This document shows positions 1-13,849 of a stretch of 64,000 nucleotides of DNA, one piece after another. Made by a program: the position numbers and the translations under genes. Below the pieces are notes generated by a model that made no database searches, had not been told where the DNA came from, and saw only the letters and a program-made list of their open reading frames with translations. Each line of letters opens with the position of its first letter. Positions within the stretch are counted from its first letter, which is position 1. The stretch is taken from assembly GCA_024137785.1 (NCBI GenBank), contig JAHRHZ010000283.1:16283451-16347450 (forward strand), read 5' to 3'. Source of the DNA: Ginglymostoma cirratum (taxonomy: Eukaryota).

Positions 1-1719
1 AGATATATCTTTCAGGACTCAGCCAACTAGGTCAGTAGTGCTGCTCCCTAAGTATATTCTATGACTGTGCTATCATTAATGCTGCTTCTGTGGTGTTCAA
101 CACTGGTTACCTATGCATGAGTGTGGGGAATGGTATTTGGAAGTCAGCTGGAGGTTTGACCTGTGACCACACGACCTCACGAGATCCAGAATTGATGGAA
201 GATCCTGGGCCCACTCCAGACTGAATTTGTCACCACCTCTAGTCTGTCTTGCTTATAGAACGGGTTTAGTGATGTAGAAATCTGAGACGAGAGAAGAGGA
301 TTATTTAAGTATGTTCTGAATTTCAAAGCCAGTACTTTTGCATGGGGAAAGTTATCAATCTAAACTTAATGGATTTTTAGTCAATTTAATCTGGAGCAGG
401 CACAAATACCTACGTGTACTATTGCAGAGGCTATTTTGATGGAACCATTGCTGATTACTTGAAAGTTATCTCTCGGGGAAAAGAAGATCCTGGGTAAATC
501 TGATCTTGCCTGTCCCTAGTTCTCCATGGCAAATCATGTGTATTTTGCCTCTTGACCGTTCCTGCATTCTCCAGGCTTCTGTTACCTCACATTGATAGCA
601 GTGAGCATTCTCTATCGTGGAGAATCTGGAATAGTAATCTGTATCACTGAGTCTTTGGATTATCAGTGCACGATATTGGCCACATTAGAACAATGTTTTA
701 TGTTAGTACCTAACTTCCATTTATCACAAAGCATTTGCTTGACACCTTTTAATTTTTTGGATAAGGGGCTTTCCAGCTGTTATGTTTCTTTTCTACTTGA
801 AGAATCACGGAGGTGTGCATCTAAGGCATGTATTGATGTTTGGTTGCTTTGCTTTTTTATTCAGTGTTTAGTTTTCCTTCTCCTGAATTGTGAAATAAGA
901 TAAAACACACAATCCATTTCAGGGCGGTTAGGATTTTCAGCTGCACCAGATATTCCCTCTAAATATGAAAATAAGATCGCTCCTCTAATTTAGTTGCTGT
1001 TCCTTCTGAAATCAAGTGAAACACTAAGTACGTAATTTTAAATTACCAGGATGAAACATTCTCAACGAACAAATGACACCAGCTGTCAGTTTATGCAGCT
1101 TTGGCTTTCAGAGCAATAGAATAAGAGTTGTCGAACCAGGTTAAAATGTGCAGAATACATTTTTTTACTTCAGCATGAAGCTGTCAATCAATAAACAAAC
1201 GGTTTCAGATTGGCTCCTTTACCTGGTGGATGTAGCTTCCGAACTAAGTATCAATAGGTTCCAAAACAGTAGCTACCTCCTGACTGAAATCAATATTAAA
1301 TGCAATGTTGACACCTGAAATTGCCTTTAAACTTGATCTGCACCTGTGAATGTGGATTATTTTCCAATTGGGAAACTGTCTGCAGTCGCTCATCAAAAAT
1401 CTGTGTTTCCATAACCTTAAAATTCATAAGCCACTATATATGCCGCGTTTCTGATTTGATTTGTAATTTAGGTTTTTTTAATGTTGTATCAAACTTTGAA
1501 GATCACCACCACTGCAAAGGATTTTTGTCTTTGGAATACCCAATTATTCTATCATAACTGTGGATCTAAATAATATTCTAAAGCTCAGTTTCTTTCTAGA
1601 AAAGTTGAATTGACAAAGAAAATTACAGAGAAAACCAGCTAACATTCTAAGTGAGAAATCATGGATCATACAGTTTCCAAAAAGAATCACAAGGAGGCTA
1701 TGGCAAGCAATAACATCCT

Positions 1720-1948
1720 TGAAATAACTCCAGAGGCTGGGGTCCCATCACCAAGTGACCCTTTATTTACATGTGGAGAGCCTTTGACACTGATCTACCC
1801 CTCTGACCCAGCTCTGAGTGACGGGATGTCTGACACTCCTGTTCTTATCTATCAGCTAGGGCTCCCTGATTGGACCAGATTAACAGCCCCAATCAGGGCA
1901 CACTCATTCTATGAGGTCTACCTGACTGACCTCGTTACAGTCTCTACA
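1720..1948 (-). mobile_element. Solo LTR (Gypsy-like), 229 bp
   Basis: TG...CA termini; AATAAA on the - strand; internal inverted repeat ccctgattgg/ccaatcaggg; near-perfect 4-bp flanking duplication (tcct 1716-1719 / ttct 1949-1952); no coding remnants. Confidence 0.6.
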
Positions 1949-2646
1949 TTCTGTCCTTTCGTGTCAAAGCCTAGAGTTATCTGTGATTTATGAATTTGTC
2001 TTGCTGAAACCCTGATAGAGAAGTCAGTTCAGTTCGCACTGCAAACCAGCTAGCCATATTTGTAATTTTGCAAAGAGGCTTTAAGGATATCTTTTGAAAG
2101 CTAACATTTTCCACTGTTTGATGGACTGTGGCCTTGCATCTTTGGGACCGAGTTAGATGACTGGAACAGGGCCAGAGTAGATTTGATCTGCATGTCACTG
2201 ATGTTACACTGATGCTTTGGTGAATGCAATAATTCATGCAAAATTTGAAAGCGTCTGTTGCATTACAGTAATAGAATTGATCTAAAATTTGTGTTTTTTT
2301 CCAGGATAAATGTATTTTTGTGTATAATTAATGCTGCGGTCTTGGCTGCTGTGCAAGGACTGGCGAGATTGACAATGTAGCCGAAGCAAATCAAGCTGTT
2401 AAGAGTGCAGGATGCTTAGCTTTAATGTTCTTGTGTTTCCTGATTAAAACTGTAGCATTTGAAATTACTTATTTGCAAGGGGAAGCACTGTTCAAAGCCT
2501 TGAACTCCATTTTTTGATAAATTATTTAACATCAGTGATGTGAAGATTAAAAATTACAAATTCATTATTTTGGAATGTTTCCCCACTGATTTCAAACACT
2601 TTTCACTAAATGATGCAGGAAGCAAATTCACTGTTCTATTTTCTAG

Positions 2647-2733
2647 GAGTGCCTACTGTGCGGCATCTGTTGCCTCCTTAACGAACATCATCACACCAAC
2701 GTTGTTTGAGGGGACACCTGAGTGGGTGTTAAG
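2647..2733 (+). CDS. FNTB: FNTB coding exon (human exon 7 equivalent), 87 nt
   Basis: ttctag acceptor, gtcagt donor; encodes (R)SAYCAASVASLTNIITPTLFEGTPEWVL(R), matching farnesyltransferase beta. Earlier exons were not found in the window. Confidence 0.96.
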
Positions 2734-3769
2734 GTCAGTATTTATGAAATGAGAAAAACCAATAGACAACTCAATTGTTTTCAGAAGTTGTGAATTAGCA
2801 TTGAATCTTGGAATACATTGCTTACGTGAATAATCGAGTAATGTGCGAAGGATATATTCTCACTGATCATATATGTTGCATCCTTTTACTTAATTGCACT
2901 ATTTATTAGATACCTCCACATCCTGTTTAGATGGGTGGTTGGGCAGTCTGCTTAATTGCATCCCATACTAGGTGAGCACAGCAGGAACAGCAGTTCAATT
3001 GCTGTGAAGAAAATTCTCCTTTCCGACTCTCCTCTTCATGTCTGTCGCAAACAACCCAATAAAGATGCAGAAGCTTTGTAAACACAGTTGAGATTATAAT
3101 TGGAATTGGTTCACCTGTTCATTTAATCAAATGTTATTTAGCCAAAATGCTGAAAATATTCAATTAATGTTTTGAGTATCATTTCTAAGAATTGATTGGA
3201 CAAACTCTTTTGAGAGAGAATATTCTTTCTACCCACTGTTGCATTCAATAATTATTCAGGTGGTCCCTCCAAAACTGCAGTGTACAGGAAGTGAGGAAGT
3301 TGCTGTCAGAAGGGAGTCATGTACCTCCTCCCTAAACTACTGTGCTGTAGGTTTATTTACGCTGGGAATTCACAAGCATTTTTAGATCTGACTTTTAAAT
3401 TTGTTCATGTTACTAGATAAAGCAAAATGCAAATCTGACAATTACAAGTTTAACCTTTTGGCAGTGTTTCAAAAGTATGATCACTAAGTGTGCATATATT
3501 CAAGAAACTTATTTTGAGTGGAGGTGTTTTCTTTTAAATGTACGCAGGATTTTGGATCATGTTCAGGATTCAGTGTTTGAAACTGACCATTCATGTCGAG
3601 GCAAAAGTCTGAAAAATCACTGGTAAAGATTTAAGCTATGTCAAAACAGAAAATCAAACATGGCCTTGTAGAATATCATGCCCTACAGAAGGGCACAGCA
3701 CAGAGGGGAAGTGCAAAATTGCTTTTGATGACCTTTGTAGAACAGTGATCATTGTGTTTTCCTTTACAG

Positions 3770-3899
3770 ATGTCAGAATTGGGAGGGTGGGATTGGTGGT
3801 GTACCTGGAATGGAAGCCCATGGTGGCTATACTTTCTGTGGTATGGCTGCCATGGTTATCTTCAAAAAGGAATGGATGCTGGACCTCAAAGCTTTGTTA
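3770..3899 (+). CDS. FNTB: FNTB coding exon (exon 8 equivalent), 130 nt
   Basis: tttacag acceptor, gtaagt donor; encodes CQNWEGGIGGVPGMEAHGGYTFCGMAAMVIFKKEWMLDLKALL, a prenyltransferase repeat; phase matches the previous exon. Confidence 0.97.
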
Positions 3900-5759
3900 G
3901 TAAGTCAGAACTTCCCAACATTTTTTTTGGTGTCTTTTGTTTCTTATAATAATATCTCTCCTCTGATTTAATGACCTTAGCTGAAAGAACAATAAGTACC
4001 AAAGCGACTACCTTATTTGGGTTGATATCGAATTGATATTGGGATATTCAGACTGCCGTCACATTGCTACCATGCTGGAGCAACTAAACTATCATTGAGT
4101 CAACAATAGTGACAGACCAGAATGTCTGTCTATCTTCGATTGTCAGTTGATTCCACTTGCACGTATTCCAACATCTCTGACTGCTGTTCTCAAGAGGTTA
4201 TATGTTTTGAGAAAAATTGTTTGAAGTGTGATTTGTCATAAGTCGCCATAACATTTTTACTCCATTCACTGAATATTAATTTTCTCCGGTATTTTTATGA
4301 CCGTATATGTACTCACTCATAGAGAATTTGGATGACTGCACAGGGCCAACCTACTGAAATTACGGCAGTTCACTTTTATTCTCAAGTAAGAAGTGTGCAC
4401 AGCTATTAAAACTAATGGAGCTGGAATTTTTTTTATGAGAATTGATGCCTCTTGCTTGACCCAAGTCAGACTTGATCTTTAAGTGGCAGTTGCTGTAAAG
4501 ATTGCCGGAAAAGAAATTTTAAAGATGATTGTCAAATAATTTGTCTTCTCTGTTCTAATTTGAAGTCATGTCTTCACAATTTGCCTCTTGATATCTTCTT
4601 GAGGGCGTTTGCCAGATGCAAAGTATTTCACATTTAATCTTTGTCCAGCTAGAATCCGGATTCCTGAGTGGATTGGAGCCCTGTGAATATAATTCTCCAT
4701 TTTTAAATAGGTTGACTAACCCTATAGCCTACCGTAACATTTACAGTTGGGAAAATCTGGAATTCTTTAAATCAAAATTAATTTGTAAACATTTAGATGA
4801 CAAGTAACCAACTGAGGGATTTTATAAAGGAATGTCAAACCTGCAAATGTAAAGATGATGGAGCCCATGGAGCTGGAGCTTTAGTGTTTGGAGGAAATGC
4901 TGCAATGTGGAACTGTTGTATTTTCGGAAGCTTTGACAAAGTACAACAGAAACTGAGAGAAGATTGATTGGTATGCCCTTGTGAGGTTGAATAAAAGGGA
5001 GAAAGAATGACCGTTCAGGGTGATTTCTCAGTGATTAGATTTTTTTTTTTGTAGTGCTGACAAGCTCACATTTGAAGCCTCTTTCCTTATTGTCCTTGAA
5101 CTGAATGGCTTGTGTGACCTTTTCAGAGGACAGTTGCTATAGGTCTGAAGTCACGTAGAGGAGACCAAATAAGGATGTCTTTCTTCCCTAAAAGACATCA
5201 GTGAACCAGGTGATTTTATGCCAGTAAAGTTGCATGAATGATTTGAATGTGGGGCTAAGGAACGTTGTCAAAATTTGCAGTAGATAATAGAATGGGAGAC
5301 ATAGTAAATAATTCTGAAGTGTAAAGAAGTGCAAGGCCTCATCAGTAAGATAGATAAAATGCTGGACATCTGTCATGAAAACAGAAAATACTACTAACAC
5401 TGAGCAGGACAGGGACAATCTGTAGGTGGGGGAATAGAGTTAATGCCCTGGATTTTTCGATGCCAAATGACCATCTAGCCAATGTAGGTGAGAATTGCAA
5501 ATCCAGACCCTGTGGAATCCGCAACGTGGCAGCCTCCAAGGGAATTGACTTGGAGCTTAAAGATTGCCCCTCTGCCTAGAACTCGACAAAAGTATCCATT
5601 TAAATTGGAAAACTTGGAAGGTTACAAGGTTAAATAGTAAAGTTATCAAACACTTAGTCTAATGCTTGAATAATTATTAAACTGACCGTACAACTCCGTA
5701 CACGTCTAAGTAACCCTCTCCAAGACCCTGACCTGATACCCACTTTGAGTTTGATTTAT

Positions 5760-6375
5760 TGTTATTACAGGCACCTACATATAGTGAAGTGTTGTTTTGT
5801 GTTCCATATAGGCAGATTGTACCATACAAAATGCATCAGCGTAGCAGAACAGAGTGCAGAGTACAATGTTACAGCTGCAGAGAAGGTGCAGAGAGAGATC
5901 AACATCGCCATTAACATTTGAGAGGTCTGATCAAAAGTCTGATAACGGCACGGTTGAAGCTGTTTGTACATGTACTGAAACTTTTATATCTTCTGTCTGA
6001 CAGAAGAGGGTGGAAGAGAGTATAACTGGGATGGGAGAAGTCATTGATTACATTGGTTGCTTCCCTGAGGCAGTGGGAAGTATAGACTGAGTTAGTGGAA
6101 CACTGGTTTGCGTGGACTGGGCTGTGTTCACAACTCTCTGTAGGTTCTCGTGGTCTTGGGAAGAGCAGTCGCCACACCATGCTGTGATGCGTCCAGATAG
6201 GATGCTTTCTGTTGTGCATCTAAAAAACTTGGTGAGTCTTTGTGGACTTGCCAAATTTCCTTAGCCTCTTGAGGAAGTAGGGACATGGTTGTGCTTTCTT
6301 GACACTGGTGTCAACGTGGGTGGACCAGGACAGACTTCTGGTGATCATCATTCCCAGAAACTTAACGCTTCCTCA
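5760..6375 (-). mobile_element. Rex1/Babar-type LINE, 3' fragment
   Basis: Frameshifted ORFs 6048-6254 and 5911-6219 give FRCTTESILSGRITAWCGDCSSQDHENLQRVVNTAQ and DFSHPSYTLFHPLLSDRRYKS, typical of the Rex1/Babar RT C-terminus. Confidence 0.8.
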
Positions 6376-8279
6376 TCGTCCCCACTCCAACCTGTCACGC
6401 CTCCTGCACCCTTGTGACCTCATGTCCCTGTGGGCCTGACAGCTCCACCCTCACAAACCCAAACCACATCTACCCTGCTGGAACCAACTCCAACCTACCC
6501 TAAACACTCTGTCTCTTACTTGGCCCTTCCCACCTTACACTCTGGCACCCTACCTATCTGACATCCTACCCTCCTGTCTCCCAACCTCTTACTTACCTTA
6601 TGTACTAGACATTTCACAACTTTTTCACAGGAGCTGTTAAAGGGGTTGTCTGTTTTGCTGGGCATTTAAATCACAAAATTCAGCTATTGATTGCTATGAG
6701 AAAGGGAGCATCGTTTGCTTTCCCCAACTGCAGTGGACCCTTCAGATTTAAAGTATGGCTCCATGTTTCTGAAGAGCCGTGATTGGAAGCTCATGTCAAG
6801 AAAGTGGAGCTCTTTCTTAACCTAAAAGAACGAGCACTCTGAGTGCATTGGCCACTCTTCAGAAAATCCAGCCAAGTGTTTCAGATTGAGACCTGTCATT
6901 GGAGCAGGAAATAATTAAACTGTTGAGAAGATGTAATTAGTTTTAAGCAAATGCAGATGTAGGGAAGAATCAGGTTGGAGAATGGAAAAGCGAGAAGAAA
7001 GGGCTGTGATCAGGTTGGCGGGAGAAATATAGTGACAGAAGATATTATGATTCCAGGTGAAAGGGGATGATAACTGGGACAAATTGAGTAACAAGTGCTT
7101 AATCTAAAGGAGGGGTAAATGGTAACACACTTTAACCTCGCTAGTCTGGAAATCTATTATTTGGAAGCCCCAGTTATCTTGGTATTTTTTTGGATCGAAC
7201 CAAAGCAATTAATGGATTCAGTACTTTACCATTCGGGTAATGCAACAAATCAAGTAGGCTTGGGCTCAGTATCCATCAGTTTTCTATTTGTTGCCCCACA
7301 AAAACAGCAGGGATAATTATTTATCTTGCCTCACTGAAACCAGGTTAAAATCACCTTGCAACATACTGACTCATACCTCATTAATGTGCCTGAGTCAAGT
7401 GATGATCGTCTTTAAGTACAAAGATCCGGGCTAACAAATAACAATTAGTCTTGAGCCCGAGCAGAGAAGCATTGTTGATTCCCCACCTTACGTCCATCAA
7501 CTGACTTCCACTGCGCATCTGTTTCAGGGAGATGTAGAAGCCCAACAGCCATAATTGCCCAGGTCTCTCTCAGCCAAGATCAATGGAGATGGGGAGGGTT
7601 TGCTTATCACCTTGTTCTGCTTCAGAATCACCAATTATCCCTATTTCCATTCAAGCTTGATATCTACAGCCAGGATTTTTAATACTTTAATGTTTTTCCC
7701 TGGCGCCATCGGCATAATTTTGAACAGTGCTCTGGGAAGCATAGAAGTTTAGTTTTGGGATATGCTTAACCATTTTTATTGTGACGTTATAATGTTTTCC
7801 CACTCTTTTTTTTTTATGTTTCACAAATGTATTTACCTACGGTATTTTCCAGTTCTCCCACTTGTGATTAGGCGTTCTAATATTGTTCCATAATTCAGGA
7901 AATCCCGTCTTCGAAGCATTCTGGACTGGAGAGATTACAACATAGTTGAAGCATTGTTAACAGCTGCTGTAAGCATGTATGGTAGAAGCAGGTACAGTCT
8001 AAATAGTAGAAATCAAATTTGAGGCCAGAAGGCTATCAATTGTCAGGCAGGTGCAGTGCTATTCCTTCAGCTTACATTTGAAGTGCATTAGACAATGTAA
8101 AAGAATAATGTTGGAGAAGTCACAGTGGGAATGAGACAGACTTAAAGTGACTGGCGACTGGAGTTTAAGGATCAGGCTTGTAGACTGAGCAAAGATGTTT
8201 CAAGGAGCAGTCCCCTAATCTGTGCTCGATCTCCTCGGTATACAAAAGGCCATACCGTAGGCAAAAGATATAGCAGCAG

Positions 8280-9330
8280 CGGCAGCAACTTAAATTTATG
8301 TTGCACCGCTAATCAACAGAAAGTCCCAACACGTTTCAGAGGACCATTATAAACCAAATAATACACTGAACCACATAGGGAGATATCAGGTCAGCTGAAC
8401 AAAAGAGATTTTAGGGTGTGCGTGGCAGGGGCGGGGGAGTGGAGGAGAGATCTAGGAAGGGTATTATAATCCCTAGGACGTAGGCACCTGAAAGCACAGC
8501 TGCCAGTGTTGAGCTGTTAAAATCAGATGTTCAGTTAGCGAAGCATAAGTATCTGCAAAGGGGCTGTGGGATGGAGAGGTTGATGTAGATAGGGAAGGGC
8601 AAGGCCTTGGAGAATTTTGAAATTTGTGTGAGACTTTTAAAATTAAGACATTACTTGCCCAAAGCCAAAGTAGGACAGCTCGTGGACGGATGATAGGAGA
8701 ATGGGATTTACTGCAAGAAGGACATAGTCTGCAGAATTTTGGATGACCAAGTTTACAGAGAGCAAGATTTGGAAGACCAGTTAGGAACACATTGGAATTG
8801 TCAAGGCTAAAGCTAACAATGTTATGAGTGAAGGTTGCAGCAGCAGATGAGCTGAAATAGGAACATAGTGGAGCCCTGGATAACAAGGTGGGGGGCTGGA
8901 TGAACACAGCAGGCCAAGCAGCAGCATAGGAGCAGGAAAGTTTGACGTTTCGGGCCTAGACCCTTCATCAGAAATCGTGGACTGGCCTCTCCAGTCCTTC
9001 TTCAGGATAGTGGAGCCCTGTTATGTTGTTGGAAATAGGCAGTTTTGGTGATGGCTCAGAACCCCATCTCGGGGTCAGGTGTGACCCTGAGGTTGTGAGT
9101 AGACGAGCTTAATCTTGGGCTGTTGCCACGGAGAGGAATGGAGTCTGGAGAAGTTTGGAGCAAGGATGAAAAGACAATGGCTTCAGTCTTCCTGGTAATA
9201 ATTGGGAAAAATCTTTGCTCATCCAGTAATAGATGTTAGTAAGCTGTCTGATAATTTAGCTGCAGTGGTGCTGCTCAGGTAGCATTGGATATCCCCAAGG
9301 TGCATGTGAAAAGTAACACTGTCTTCCTAA
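8280..9330 (-). mobile_element. Decayed L2 LINE 3' fragment, interrupted by a younger insertion at 8879-9006
   Basis: ORF 8473-8907 contains SLDNSNVFLTGLP...SHSPI...LLWL, resembling the L2 motif SRLDYCNSLLAGLP...HITP.L..LHWLP. Confidence 0.65.
8879..9006 (-). mobile_element. Short non-autonomous element with hammerhead core (copy 1)
   Basis: 14-bp TSD atagtggagccctg (8865-8878 / 9007-9020); - strand 8944-8971 reads CTGATGA-A-GGG-TCTAGG-CCC-GAAAC-GTC. Confidence 0.85.
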
Positions 9331-9549
9331 TAGGTAATTTGCTGCCTATCGGGAAGTGTTAGATTATGATGACTATGCCCATAAGAACAAGCACTCACTG
9401 CTTTTACATATCCTCAGGTCGACTCAAAGCAGAAGGTGAACAGCTGTCATTTAGATTTGTTAGGGTGCATACTTTGTCAGCAAGGTGGAGCCCACCCCAG
9501 TGGGATTTCAGTTTATTGAAGATAGTAGTTTAATATGTTTAGCAGTCAT

Positions 9550-10250
9550 GTTATGTCTGTCCAGTCCATAGGCTCAACAAGCACAGGTCTTCATTATTTA
9601 GTATAGTGGTTGTTCTGATGGTCGGCATCTTATCACGCAGTGGGTCAGATTCCTGCCAGTCAGCCAGAAACTCTGGGTTCATGCCCTGCTTTGAGTTCAC
9701 GTTCCACTGCAGGACTTTATGATCACAGAAGGTGCTTTCATGCAGCATTGATTATCATCCTGGAAATCTTTCCAGTATGTCCAGGGCAAGGTGCAAGAGT
9801 CTCCTGGTCAGTTATGTTTGATGTGGCCTGGCACCAAGCTGTCGCTTCTGGCAGGCTAGTGACCTGTTGCAGGAAAAACTAGCTATGGAAACAGACATAA
9901 ATCCATTTGTCTTCCTTATCTGTCTCTAGACTCGCACATTTAAGTATCTTTATGGTCTTCCTTTTGTGTGGAATGGCTCACGAGCTTTCCCCAACAGTAA
10001 AATCTGAAATTTGTGGAGCTTTGTATGGAACAAGTGTACAGCATATAAACTTGATGCATTTTGCAGATTTGTGTTGGCTATCTGCCACCAAACCCTTGCT
10101 GTTGTTCCTCCTCCATTAACTGCAGGCCAATATCTTGTTTCCAGCTCTGTTAGATTTCCAATGTATTTGCAGTAGGAGTAAGGCAGGTTTCTGGAATTCA
10201 CTTCTGCCAAACATGCAAATTATTGGGTTCTGGAAGAAATGTTGAGTTTG
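9550..10250 (-). mobile_element. Highly decayed LINE remnant, possibly L1/Tx1 C-terminus
   Basis: Broken - strand translation PGHTGKISRMIINAA.KHLL.S loosely resembles the Tx1-type ORF2 C-terminus; stops and frameshifts; weak. Confidence 0.3.
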
Positions 10251-11654
10251 GAGTAAATTTAGTGTTGAGTTGGGTGCAAAAATGTTTTCCATTGTACTAT
10301 TGGAAGCTGCAGATTGCCTTTAAAAATAGGGATATTGTCTGAAAAAGTCGTGGGTCTTTGTTGAATTTGTGAATGGTATGCCACCATTAGGTGTAAAGCA
10401 CAATTTTGCACACTTCATAATTATAAAAGGAGGGAAAACTATCAAGAGACTGTAGTGTTTTTTTTTATCCCAAATTAATACCAGGTATGGAAGAAAAAGA
10501 GTGAGTTACGTGACCTTGGAGCTGAAAAGAGGCAAGAGAAGATTTTGCACAGGGTGTTTAAATTAATGAAGGATACTTATAGAGTGAATGATGAAGACTG
10601 TTCCTCAGTTGCGTGTTCAATGTTAGTAGGCCAATGTCTGAATGCACAGAGTGAAATTTACAAATTTGTTAATACAGTGACTTTTCAACTTTACCACAGG
10701 AAATCAGAGGCTGCTGCATCCTTTAAAAGAGATAACTGGTTAATAGTTATAGAAAAATATGAAGCTTGAAGGAGGAATCCAAGAACTGGCATTAGAACTG
10801 TAGAAAATCCTGCATGGTGACTGTCAGGCTTATTGTTATCAAAAGTATTTGCTTCTCATTCAACACTTTGTATCCTGAGGTTAGCACGGAATGGTTTTCT
10901 CAGGATGGGGAAATATGGTGGACAGGTATCTCGTAGTGCTTTCTAACATGCACAAGGATTTCAATGTAGATATCAAGATGCAATAGTTAAAAATCTTCCA
11001 CTGATTACAAAGTGAAGCTGTCAGTTTGCTTTAGTAATGAGGTCTTGTGTTTGTTTTAATTTCACTACAGGGTGAGAGTTGGCAGCTTCCTGACTTGTCA
11101 TCTGTTAGCAGTATTTGGCCCTGGTTATAACTGGAGAAATCTTCCCCCAAACTGCCAAAGGTCTGATTAGCTCTGTGAGAAAAATTAGATATCTTAGATC
11201 TATATGTGCACCAGTAAAGTAGAAACAAGTTGCCACGCATAAGCACCTTGAAAAGCCAACAGTGGTTTGCATTCGGATCTAATTTTATTTTACAATGTTG
11301 CCAGGTTTGTTAATTTATCGAGGTTGGAGACTAGAGTAAGTCAAGCTTCAAGACAACTGAGAGATTTGGTTCTATCTTTGCAAGTTTGACAGCAGATTTT
11401 TCTATGTTGTTTTCAAATTTTAAGTAGGAGGATATTCAAAATGTAGAACATCGTAATGATTCTTCAGTTAGGCCTACGGAGATGGTGGATCCAGTTTTCA
11501 AATCTCAGTAGCAGAGAGAACACTATTTGAAATTTTAACAGAAGTTTTATTTAATAAGACCCCTTAGTGAAGAAAATCATAAGAAACCATTTCATTTCAA
11601 AGTTTACACCTAAAGGTAGTTGAATCTTTTGAGATTTTTAAAAAATTATTTCTA

Positions 11655-12731
11655 GGTTACAAAGGGACATTGATAGGATGCAGAGCTGGGCTGAGAAGTG
11701 GCAGATGGAGTTTAACCCTGAAAAGTGTGAGGTCATTCATTTTGGAAGGACAAACTTGAAAGCAGAATACAGGGTTAGCGGAAAGATTCTTGGCAGTGTG
11801 GAGGAGCAGAGGGATCTTGGGGTTCATGTACACAGTTCCCTGAAAGCTGCCACCCAGGTGGATAGAGTTGTTAAGAAGGCGTGTGGTGTGTTAGCTTTCA
11901 TTAATAGAGGGATCGAGTTCAAGAGCCGTGAAGTTACGCTCCAGCTATACAAAAGCCTGGTTCGGCCACATCTGGAGTATTGTGTCCAGTTCTGGTCGCC
12001 TTATTACAGGAAAGATGTGGAAGCATTGGAAAAGGTGCAGAGGAGATTTACCAGANNNNNNNNNNNNNNNNNNNNNNNNNNNNNNNNNNNNNNNNNNNNN
12101 NNNNNNNNNNNNNNNNNNNNNNNNNNNNNNNNNNNNNNNNNNNNNNNNNNNNNNNGTGTGGTGTGTTAGCTTTCATTAATAGAGGGATCGAGTTCAAGAG
12201 CCGTGAAGTTACGCTCCAGCTATACAAAAGCCTGGTTCGGCCACATCTGGAGTATTGTGTCCAGTTCTGGTCGCCTTATTACAGGAAAGATGTGGAAGCA
12301 TTGGAAAAGGTGCAGAGGAGATTTACCAGGATGTGGCCTGGAATGGAAGGGAGGCCTTATGAGGAAAGGTTGAGAGAGCCAGGGCTTTTCTCTTTAGAAC
12401 GACGAAGGATGAGAGGTGACTTGATAGAGGTGTACAAAATGATCAGAGGTATAGATAGAGTGGAGGTAGCTATTACGAGGGGGCATAGTTTTGAAGTGAG
12501 TGGAGGTAGATATAGGGGGGACGTCAGAGATGGGTTCTTTACTCAGAGAGTGGTCGGGGTGTGGAATGCATTGCCGGAGAGGGTAGTAGAGTCGGCCTCC
12601 TTAGGGGCATTTTAAGTGGCTATTAGGCATATGGATAATAGTATAAGGTAGAGGTGGAGATTAGATAGTGTTAGGGTAAAACGTTTGGCACAACATCGTG
12701 GGCCGAAGGGCTTGCACTGTTCTATGTTCTA
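11655..12731 (+). mobile_element. Young CR1 LINE, 5'-truncated RT/3' end (spans an assembly gap)
   Basis: WAEKWQMEFNPEKCEVIHFG...LYKSLVRPHLEYCVQFWSPYYRKDVEALEKVQRRFTRM...LFSLERRRMRGDLIEVYKMI...FFTQRVVGVWNALP; ends in a ttctatgttcta tail. Confidence 0.95.
12056..12155. other. Assembly gap (100 N) with 174-bp identical overlap on both sides
   Basis: 11881-12054 is identical to 12156-12329, indicating an unmerged contig overlap. Confidence 0.95.
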
Positions 12732-13849
12732 AGTGGGTGGAACACTGTCTACTATCAGTTTATAAGTGTATGTATGATGTGATTACTTAATTTATCTTTT
12801 GTAAAATAAATTCACTTGATATTTTGAACCTAAAACCAGGTCTGATGTGATGCTGTACAATTGAGATCTGGAGTGAGATCTCAGCAGCTAAAATCATTTA
12901 CTAAACTGAGTTTTGCTGCTCACATTGTAGGCATGCAGGATTACTGAAATCCTGACTAGCTATCAAGGCAAGAACAGATGCTGTCAAAGCTCGACTAGCG
13001 AGGTCAGAAATAAACCAAAAACACGACTGCTTCCTGTTTGGTGCTCTCTGTTCCCGTGCCTTTTTATGACTTGTGTCTGATGCCTTTGGGTTTGCACCCA
13101 CAGTTTGTCAAAGGTAAAAGTTGTAACATATTCCTTTAAAGGCTCCCTTGACAGTCTCTGTTGGTCATGTTGAGCTCCTGTGTTTCAGCAAGCCGGAGAG
13201 TAAATAACAAATGAATCTTATTGTGAGCAGTATATTCTTATAATAAGTACGATTGTTATAAAAAGCAATAGCTAACTTTGCAGCGCATCTTCAGTGAGTT
13301 TGAGTAGAAAGTTTCTTTGTGATATTCAAACATCACCAGCCGTCCATCAGGGCCACGAAGATTGTGATCTGAGAAGATTCAACGTGTCATGAGGTTGTGA
13401 ATTCAAAGTCCGTTCCAGAACTTGACCATGTAATTCTGGTTAACACAAATGCTAGATTACTGTACTTTTGCAAGTGCATTTTCTTGTTTCACTTTTGTTC
13501 AGGTGGTCATGGGTTTTGTAGCAGTGTTGGAAGAAGGCAGGACATTTGTCAGATGTCTTCTCCAAAAATCAATTGCTCAAATTAGAGGACTAAAGGAGAT
13601 GATCTGGTTTTTCCAGTTTGGTATCTTTTGGGATCTGTGGGCAAATTAGCTGCCACAGTAATCTCCAAACAAGAATGAATGCATTTAAAAAAGTGTGAAT
13701 GGGAAGAAAAAGGAACGCTTGCATTTATATTGCACCTATCAACCACCAGATATCTCAAAGGGCTCAGCAGCCGGTATGCATATAGCAAGCTCCCACAATG
13801 GGAATGCAGACAATATGAATGTTTAAGACCATAGCCATGTTGTAACAAT

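Noticed and set aside
1-2646. Search for the preceding FNTB exon (..QPDGSF.MH.GGEVDVR)
   Set aside because: No matching reading frame found; it presumably lies upstream of the window.
6380-6875. C-rich tracts (also ~32100-32520) ending near gaaaatccagcc-type words, as possible MITE remnants or G-quadruplex elements
   Set aside because: Too decayed to define paired termini or a TSD; no regular G-run pattern.
11881-12329. 174-bp exact direct repeat in CR1, and long ORFs running through N
   Set aside because: Flanks a 100-N gap; best explained as an unmerged contig overlap rather than a real duplication.
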